From assembly GCA_029261035.1 (NCBI GenBank), contig JAJDCD010000004.1, forward strand, positions 4,765-68,764: a stretch of 64,000 nucleotides of DNA, written 5' to 3'. This document shows positions 52,398 through 62,100 of the stretch, piece after piece. Numbering within the stretch: position 1 is the first letter of the stretch; each line of letters opens with the position of its first letter. This stretch comes from Candidatus Omnitrophota bacterium. GTDB taxonomy: Bacteria > Omnitrophota > Omnitrophia > Omnitrophales > JACROU01. Under the pieces are notes generated by a model. The model was not told where the DNA came from. It saw only the letters and a list, made by a program, of their open reading frames with translations, and did not search any database. Made by a program: the position numbers and the translations under genes.

Positions 52398-52778
52398 ATG
52401 AAATTTCACGAGAGTAAGTCATTCTGTTTGGTACTTATTTTATGTGTTGCCCTCAGCGGTTGTTCTGCCTTTAGAGACTCAACGCAAAACATTAGTGTAT
52501 CATCAGACCAATCCGATGCTCAGATCTTTATTAATGGTCAATTAGCCGGAACAGGTACAGCAAGTATGGCTGTAAAACGAAATGAAAATGTTCAAATTAT
52601 GACTAAAAAAGATGGGTATGTAACAAGTCAAAAAACTATAGGTAAATCTCTTAACACTACAGGTGTCCTAGATATAATCGGAGGAGTATTATTCCTAATA
52701 CCCCTTTTTGGATTACTATCACCCGGCGCCTACAGTCTCGACCAAACAAACGTAAGTATAATGCTGGTTCAAGAATAA
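52398..52778 (+). CDS. lipoprotein (hypothetical)
   Basis: Strong RBS aggagaaaaaaATG; lipobox CVALSGC after hydrophobic signal; C-terminal hydrophobic segment; only plus-strand gene in the window. Confidence 0.6.
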   Translation: MKFHESKSFCLVLILCVALSGCSAFRDSTQNISVSSDQSDAQIFINGQLAGTGTASMAVKRNENVQIMTKKDGYVTSQKTIGKSLNTTGVLDIIGGVLFLIPLFGLLSPGAYSLDQTNVSIMLVQE

Positions 52779-52782
52779 CTTA

Positions 52783-52821
52783 AGAAGCACTCCAAGTACT
52801 ACACTTGGAGTGCTTCTTAAC
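52783..52821. terminator. bidirectional hairpin terminator between convergent genes
   Basis: aagaagcactccaagt-actac-acttggagtgcttctt perfect 16-bp stem, flanked by tt/aa runs, between the lipoprotein (+) and the small membrane ORF / giant 3 (-). Confidence 0.7.
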
Positions 52822-52884
52822 CCCTTAGCAACGTTACCTGATATTAAATGTTAACAAACCAACACAAAGACCTTATGAGGAAAA

Positions 52885-53199
52885 TTATTTAGATTTTCTG
52901 AAATATGTAACTACGTCAAGGATGAATCCAAGAAAAAAACCGCTAATGCTATAAATCAAAATTGTAACTATACAGCTAACCCAAAAAAACATGCGTGGGG
53001 AAAGAAACTCATAAAAGCCCATCAACTTTGACAATTCAAACCCCAAAGACCAATGCACATATGTAAATGGAAAAGCAAAAATTAGATACGGTGCTGCAGA
53101 ATGAGGACTATAGACAGAAATCAATTGATGTATAATGAAAAAAAACAAAACAAACAGTGTAAAAACAATAGTCGATAAAAATGAAAGTTTGAACTTCAC
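52885..53199 (-). CDS. small polytopic membrane protein directly downstream of giant 3 (candidate immunity/accessory protein)
   Basis: 104 aa, ~3 TM helices; GTG start overlaps the giant-3 stop codon (translational coupling geometry); hydrophobic aromatic-rich composition. Confidence 0.4.
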   Translation of the reverse strand: MKFKLSFLSTIVFTLFVLFFFIIHQLISVYSPHSAAPYLIFAFPFTYVHWSLGFELSKLMGFYEFLSPRMFFWVSCIVTILIYSISGFFLGFILDVVTYFRKSK

Positions 53200-56100
53200 T
53201 AAGCATCCCCTCCAGCAAAACGAACCTCAATCTGATGACCAATAATGTTATTAACTGAATTATTAGGATAGTCATCAATATGGAAAAATAAAGCGTTATC
53301 AAGTATGTTATGAAAATGAGGGCCTGTCCCAATTCTTACTTGGCTAACTTGACTACTAAATTCTTTTAAACCATTCATTAAATATCCTGTTTCTTGTACA
53401 TCAAGAGCAATGCCCTCAATTGATCTCATCACAATATCCTGTCCATTTAAATCAGTAAATGGTCGATGGTCCCCTCCTAACATAAGGCTATTCCTGTCAC
53501 GACTATTTGTAATGCCTTCTTTATGTATCATATGCTCTAAAAGTCCACTTGTGTTTCCTGAATACAAATAAAATTTGCTATTCGGATATTTTTCTAGCAC
53601 TCTGACAAACTCTTCACGATTTCTAGGGGTATTAATTATACTCCAATTGTCTTCACCAACAGTATCTCTAATTTGATTTTGCATTTCTACATTACTAACA
53701 TCTAAGTACTGTTCTACAGTATAAATTTCTGGGTGCATTTCTGGAGAAGAAACATCAAAATTTTCTAATTCCAAAACATTAAACATTACTTCTTCTGGTG
53801 TCCAAAAATCATGTTTTTTTCTGCCAACAATGGAATCATAAGCACTTTCATCTAATTGATTATAAATTACTGGTAGCATTTGATTAAAAACAGGCTCTAC
53901 TACTCCAATTACACCAGGTGAATTTAAAATTTGCGTCGATACTCCATGATTCAAAGCATTGAGTATAGTTGTAATGTTTTCTACTGTAGTCCCTGACCAG
54001 TTTCCTGACTCAATTTCTAATCCAATAGTTTTATCTAATAAATAAATCTTCCCATCTTTTATTTCACTACCCCCGCCAACCCCAACAACGCCTGAGTTTA
54101 AAGGTTCTATGGTGAGAAAATTATATCCTTGGTCACCTTGAACTTGAATCTGAGACAGTTCATTATTTTGGTAACTATAGTTTAGAGTTGTTCCCTCTGA
54201 AATTTGTTCAGCAAAAGCAACATTGCCTATTGAAAAAAGTCCTGTTGATGTTCTTTTGACGTTTTCATAAATTTCTGTGGAAATTTTACCCTTAATGTTT
54301 TTGGTAATAGTTATGTTATTACTTCCTAACACACTCTCAACATTAATGGTATCTCCCGAATTATTTGAATATATTGTCGTTACAAAACCATTTTGATCCG
54401 TCAAACTTCCTATTTTCTGCCAGCCGGATGCTCCAGTGAAGGAGTTAGCTTCATGCAACACTTCTTGAGTTTCTCGACTAAAAAGCCCTCCGAAAAATTC
54501 TACTGTTTTATCAAACCCCTTTTGAAGGACTTCTACTCCAAAAGAAATAGCATTTTGTGCTCCGTTTATTACTTTTGAAGCTAATGTTTGTGCTGTGTTG
54601 GTTATTCTTTGAAATAAACTACTTCCTAATTGATTTGCATCCGTTTGATCCGCATTTGGAATAGACGCATTATTTACTAGGAGTTGTCCTAGCAATCCTG
54701 AAACAAGTCCACCTACTTCTAAAGGCGCTCCTGCTCTGTTAAGGCCGATGTTGGCTCCTACTGAAACGAGCCCTGCAGCTGTTTGGGTATTAAATAGAGC
54801 ATCTTTAATACTGCTAAATAATCCTGCACTAGGATTTGCAATGCCTTGAATACCTCCGCTGATGGTTACTCGTATCGGTATGGAGAGTAATGATGTCAGT
54901 TCTGAACTAGCACCTAAAGCATCCAATCCTGTGATGGCTATGTCACCAAGAATATTCTTAGCGGTTCCACTTTGTAAGAAATCAAGACTACCGCTGAGAT
55001 CAAACCCACCGAGTCCAAAACCTGAAAACAAACTAGCTCCACTCGAAATTAAACTAATGGCTGTTGGGTTCAGGTCGGTATGTCTAGAAAGAATCCCATT
55101 AACCCCGTTCCCTACTAAAGCTAGACTTGCTCCTGCTGAAAAGGGTGCAGCAACAATACCACCGACGATTTTAATACTGTCAAAGACCGTTCGAAATACT
55201 TTTGTGTTTAATACATTATCATATAGTGTATCGGCAACTTTCTTGGCACCTCTTATAACTTTATGTCCTATTTTACCAAGAAATGGGATTACCTTACCAA
55301 TACCACTGGCTATTTTATCTAATCCATTAAAGAAGTTGTCTTTAAAAATGCCAACAGCTGAGATTAAATCCAAGCTGGCTATAGAGCTTATAAGATTGAC
55401 TGTGCTATTAAATGCCTGCTTAAAACTACCTGTCGAAATTAAACTAAAAGCAAAATTAGCCAATGCTGATATGGCTCCAAATACGAGACCCGCAAGAACA
55501 ATGGCTGTGATTCCGAAAAAAGCGCCTCTTATTTGAGTTTGTTCAATTTCTGTCAGCTCACGAATTTCATTGTTTTGATTTTCTGATGGTGGTGCTCGAG
55601 TGCTTAAAACAACTCCTTCCCAATCCGTTAAAAACTCATCTTTGGTCAATGTGACTATTTCCAAATTATCTTCTGGGCCGTGACCTGGGTTTCTATAAAC
55701 GATACCCTCTTCCGTTACTTGAGTGAGTTCGATGTAATGATTTCCATCAATATGTGCAATAACACTCATTTCACAATCAGGACCTTGTTCTGAACAAGCT
55801 TCTTGATACATAGCTCTCAGAGATTCATAATTAAGATTTAAGGCATGTACACCCTCACCTCTATCCTCTCCCTCTGAAGAGGGAGAGGAAGATAAAACTC
55901 TTTCCGCATAGCGTTTCATGGAGAAAAGGCTGATAACTAAATCACCTTCTTCTAATGGCGTTAGTATTCCTTTTAAGATGTCCATCACGATTAAATCCCT
56001 AGCTAAGGTAACTCGATCTGGAGATTGCCACGCACCATTGTCATTGCTCGCAATGACAGAATCTTCCAATAAAGCTTCTAAAGCAAGAAAGGCAGATTGT

Positions 56101-59100
56101 CCAAAGTGAAGGTCTTGATTATCCAAATATTCTAAAATAGATTCTGCTTCACCTTCTGTTAAAGAAAGGGCTTCCTCTGAAGTTAAATTTAAATCTGAAA
56201 GTATATTCTCTTTATCACCCTCGGTTCCATTCAGATACGTTTCTATCAAAGTTCTAACAGAGTCTTTAATGGAGTTTACTTCTAACGTACGGTCTGCTCT
56301 TTCTGTTGAATTAAGCAGTATCGTTGCTAAGGTGCCAGGCACCTCACTTTTAGTGAGAGAGCCAGGCACTTGAGATATCCAATAATTAATTTCATCTTGA
56401 GAGGGATCTCGACCCAATTGAGTTCTGAATTGATGTAAGATAATGGGTGTTAATTCTTGTAATAAGATCTCGTGTTCGATCTGCTCTTTATCTTGCAAGA
56501 CTTGAAGATTTGCAGTATCTACTTCTAATTGAATGTCATCATAAGCCGTGGCTACATTTTGATCCAAATCACGTAAAGCCTGACTTCTCGTTTCAGCAAG
56601 GTCAAAAATCATTTGTTCGACAGTCGCTACCTGCGAATCGATACTCCCCAGAACATCTGCAATTTGGCTTTTAACCTCTTTGCCTGCTCTTTTTGGAATT
56701 TCTATAGATGAGACCTCGTTTCTTTGACCTAAAAGTCTATCGCGTTCTCTAATTAAACGTTCTAAATTAGCTTCATAACTACCTTCAATCGTCTCATGTA
56801 CGATAAACTCCCTTTCTGCAACGACTGCCAAAGCTTCTGCTCTCTTAATTTCAATATCGGTGTTAATTAAAGAAATTTCTCGTTCCAGAGCTGCCCTTGT
56901 TTGAACCATCGTGATTTTTGCTGGGTTACCTTCACTGTCGTACTCGTACTGTATTTGAGTATTGCCTTCACCATCTACAACTTCTTCCAACAAACCATTA
57001 TCGTCATAAAGAGAAACGGTATTATCTGCTTTCCATTCGGTAATAGGTTCTCCTTCTAAGGTGAACTCCCCTAAAACAGAGGTTTCTGGATCTAGTTGAT
57101 ACTCTAATTGTTTTGATTGAATCAATTGATAGGCATTCACCGCCTCTTGATAATGAAAGTCCAACGCGTCTACGGCACTTTTAGAATTAAAGTCTTTCGT
57201 TAAACCTGTCGTCGATCGGAGTTGTTTTGGAACTCCATTTTCATATTCAATCTCAATTCCATCAGGGTAGACAATCAATGCTTTTTGATTACCCTCTATT
57301 TCCTCCCAAAATATTTGAGAGTCATCCTCTAAAATAAGCTGCGTAAGAACCCCTTCTTCATATGAAGCTTTAGGTGCATTGGGATTAATCGCTTTCTCGA
57401 TCAATTTAACGCGATGAATCTTTTCTTTGGATGTATCTTGAACAATCTCGACTTGATGTTCCTCAAAACCTTCTGCATTCAGGGATACGGTATCAATCAC
57501 TTTGTCGGGATAAACGTACTCATGCTGATATCTCAACCCATTAGGCAATGTATGAAATAAAAGAGCACCTTCTTCACTGTACTCTTCGCGGATGCCATTA
57601 CTTTGAATCACAACTTCTCTATCTTCAACTCGTTCATGCTGAAAAACCTGTTTAACACTTCCTTTATATTGCAACGAAGAAGACGTTAATTTTCCATGTT
57701 CATCATATTGATAAACGGTTTCTATTCCATTGGGTTTTACCGTACTCATCAGCAAGGAATCTAAATACCGTTCTTTTATTCCTGTTTCTGGATCCTCAAT
57801 CACTGTGATTTCCCTGCCTAAAGCATCAAATTCATAACTGTAGTTTAAACTAGGCTTGTTTTCTCTAGAAACCTCTCGAATTCTTCCATAAGCATATTCC
57901 ACTAACGCATCTGGGGTTTCATTAAAGTGGTTAAAATTAGCCCCTTCGCTTAGGTTTCCACTTTCATCATAAGACAGTTCCAAGATAGAACCATCTTGAT
58001 GTCTAATTTGTGTGATATTACCATTGCTAATTTCCGCAACCCTTCCATCTGCCGTTTCCACCTGTGTCGCTTTTCCTTCGTCAGAATATCGAAGCACTGT
58101 TCTTGCTTTTAATATTTCGCTTTCATGTACTAAAGACAGATCCTTTTGAACAATCAATTCATCACGATCATTTACAGATTGAGGAATAAGACTTAAATTA
58201 ACTGATTGTGTTATGGATGGGATTTGGTTCTGAGTAATAAATAGGTCGGTCATCCAATCACTAGCACTTACTTTTCTTTGATTGACCCATGTAATATTAT
58301 CAACCAAGATTTCGTTATTCGAAGAGTTTAGAGAATTAACTGTAACAGTGTCTGAAACCGTAACAGAATCTAATGGAAGGTAGAAATCTTTCCATTCGTT
58401 TCCTACATTATTGAGAGTGAATTCAGCATCGCCAACCGTAACGATAACGGTCTCTAACTCACTCGACATTAGATCTTCTTGTTTTAAACTAACGTGAAGA
58501 TACTCATAATCTTCTCCATTCCCTTCACTACGCGCAATTAAAGAATCCATATGCATTGCTCTAAGCGGTTCAAAACCATTTCCATTATTAAACTGAACTA
58601 ACCATTCTTCATTTCCTGGTTGATAAATAATACGATCGACTAAGCTATCTCCATTAATATCAATCAGTTCATTTTGAATCAGAGGAATACCGTTATTGGT
58701 ACTTAACGTAGAGTGCCAAAGCTCGTTGTCTGCACGGATTCCTATTGTCTCTGATCCGTAATTTTCAACCCCTTGCCACTGAACAGCTTCATTAAAGCCG
58801 CTGCCATTATTCAGCTCGACCCACCAAAAAGTAGGGCTGTTTTCTGAAGATACTGTTTGATCCACAGTAATACGATCGATCAGGCCATCTCCATTGATAT
58901 CCATAGACTCAACCCAAACCTGCCTATTGTTTTCTACATATCGAATGCTTGAAGCAACATCAATCTCAGCAACCCCATCAAGTAAACGAACATCATCATC
59001 CCAGAGAATCGAATCATCAAAGCCTTCTCCATTATTTATCTGCACATACCATTCCATACCTAATGTAGGGTCAGAAACATCGTTCCATTGGTTAAATACA

Positions 59101-62100
59101 CGATCTGTTCTGCCATCTCCGTTCATATCTTGAAGCGTACTTAACAAAGCTGCTTTCTGTTCCGTTGTAACGGATAAAGATCCATCTAAATCATGTTCTT
59201 GATAATAAAATTCATTAACAACGTTATCCCAGACAACGGGAAAATCAAAACCACTTCCATTGTTAAATTGAACTAACCAATAATCATAAGGTTCCCTTGG
59301 TGCTATCAACACCCTGTCTGCCAGACCATCACCATTCATATCCACCATATCCGCCATCAATTCTTGAACTTCTTTGTTCTGCTCATCATTACGCACTTCA
59401 GATGCATAAAAAGCCTGAAAGCTCCAAATTCGAGCCAAAGGAAACGCCCCTTCCCACAATTGAGGGTCTTCAAAGCCTTGCCCATTATTGAACTGAACAA
59501 CCCAATCTTCTTGACCGTAGTATCCCATCATCACACGATCTGGTAGGCCATCCCCATTGATATCCATAAATTCAGATAAACGATGAGGGTGACGACCTTC
59601 AAAACTAGATAAAGCGCCAAAGGCTAAACGGTCGCCATACTGTGAGAAAAATCCTGTTAAATCTGTTTGAACATTACCCCACTGGATTAAATCATCAAAC
59701 CCTTGACCATTATTCAGCTGAACATCATAACGATCCGGTTGTTCTGGATCAAAAAAGATTCGGTCAGGCAAACCATCTCCATTGATATCCATAAAATCAC
59801 TGTGAATCGCCGGCAAACTATCCCAAGCCGTTAAACTTTCCATTCTGCGAATAAACCCATCTTGCCTATCTGTTTCCACAACATTGTTCCATACAGGCCG
59901 GTAATTTGAATTAAAACGATACACTTCCCCACGTTCTTCATCTTGAACAGTCAAATCTAATTGAATTGCACTCTGTGTATCAAACTGAACTTGAGTTTGT
60001 CTTTTCTGCGACAAATCATTAATTAAAGGTTCCGAAAGAATAATTTGCCTTTCTCTTTCTCTATCAGGATTTAACAAGAATAAGGCCATAGAGGCTCTGT
60101 GTATCTCTCCACTTTCATCATACTCAACTTCAATTCCATGTTCAGAATAAATGAGTTGAATTAAACCAAATTCTGTTTCAATAGAATCAATACGGTCTTC
60201 TCCATAAACAATACGATCTCCATTGCTGAGTACTGTTTGTTGAATCACTCCATTTTCTATAGATACTTGAGCTCCATCGATACGAATTAATTCTCCAGAA
60301 ACAAGGTTTCCAGATGAATCAAAGACAGGATTTTCTATCCTTCCAAAGTGAGACTTCACAGATTGAATGACACCATTTTCAATAAACGCCACTAGATTAT
60401 GGTTTCGGACGGACTGAAGCACCATTTGATTGTCTTCGGCAATACCATAGCTCATTACTTTATTTTCATTTTCAAGTCTAAAAGCTATAATTTCATTTTG
60501 AGTATTTCTTTGATATTTAAATTCAAATATTTGATTCTCTGGCGTTATGAGTTGAAATGCTAAACCTTCTTCATAATCAATCCGGGTTCCATCATCCAAC
60601 ACTCTGTATTTAAGAACCCCCTCTTCGTAGAACTTCTCTTCGCCATCCTGCAAAGTTTCCTTCGCAAATCCCAATCTCCCATCTGAACCAACTTGCAATT
60701 CCGTAAACAATGAAAGGTCCTGATTCTGAATCTGACTTAAGACTCCTTGGTTAAAAAGAGCCTGAGTTCCATCTTGAAAATTGAGCTCTTTCAGATAAGA
60801 AACAAAACCCTGATTCTCTGATTGAGTTTCATAAACCTCTCCACTCACCGTTTCTATCTTCGTTAAGACTCCACCCTCAAAGGTTCTTATAGTCCCATCG
60901 GGGCTTGTTATCACACCATCTGTAATTTCAAAGGTACTACTATCTTGTATCAGGTTTTCTATCACTGTTCCGTCTGGAAGAAAAACGCGACTAACTTCAT
61001 CGCCATCAATCTCCAAAGTACCAGAGAAACTTTCTATCGCAGACAAACTACCCTTTTCATTGTATTTAAACTGAGTTCCATTTTGGTTTAGAATCAATCC
61101 GGACAAAAGCCCTTGGTTTTCTAAATAAGACAATGTTGTTCTATTCCCATTAGAGTCCACAATATCGTTAGGCAAACCTTCAGAAAACTGGACTTCACTC
61201 CCATCCCATAATTTAACTTTGGCGAGCTGTCCTGATAAATGATAAAACGTTTCTACTGGTGTTTTATCAAGTGGAGCATCTGATTGTTGTAAATTCAGCT
61301 CTGACTTTATGAATATTTCGCCATCCTCGACGACCTGCTCTTGAGTATAAACAAACTGTTTTCCTTCTTCCGTTTGCAGATGCGTTAAAATACCCGAAGA
61401 AAGTTCTGAATAAGCTCCATTAGAATTATCAATTCGCTCCAAAACACCAGCGTCGTCATAAAGCAAAATACTTCCATCCGGTTGTTCAACTTTTACTTCC
61501 TTCAAACTTTCATCTCCATTTAAAATATAAAAGTAATGGCTCACTTCAGAGTTTTGAATATCTCTTACAGGTTTCTGACTCAGAGAAAAGTCCCTAATAT
61601 TCCCTTGAGGATCCAAAGTCCTAAGAATAACTCCGTAACGAATAAAATCAACCCTTCCATTCGCATAAAAAATATTGGCTGTCTCCACATTCCCTTCACC
61701 ATCCAAAACAACATCTTGCAACTCCATTCCATCTTCTGTTCTAAAACCAATAAGATCTCCTGATTGGTAAAGAGCTTCTAATCCATTTTCCAATGTAACC
61801 ACAAGAGATTCTGAAAGATTTTTCTTGAGAATTTCAAAAGATAATACTTCGTTCACACTTCCATCTGAGTTTTTTATCTGAATATCATAAGGCTCTGACG
61901 GACTATAGAAAATTTCTACTCCAGTCATAGGGTCTTGAATGCTTAAAAGGTGATTTTCCGCGTCATAAACGGATAATTGTTCCTGAAAGAAAGGATGGTA
62001 AGAAATAAGAAAAGTTTTTATCGAAACATTTCCTGCCGCATCTCTAGATTCACGAACAATCTGATTTTCCCCACTAGAAAGCTGAAGAGTTTCCTCAATA

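Noticed and set aside
53108-53332. 74-aa minus-strand ORF overlapping the giant-3 C-terminus
   Set aside because: Out-of-frame overlap with the much better supported giant ORF. The adjacent 104-aa ORF (52885-53199) is the more plausible small gene.
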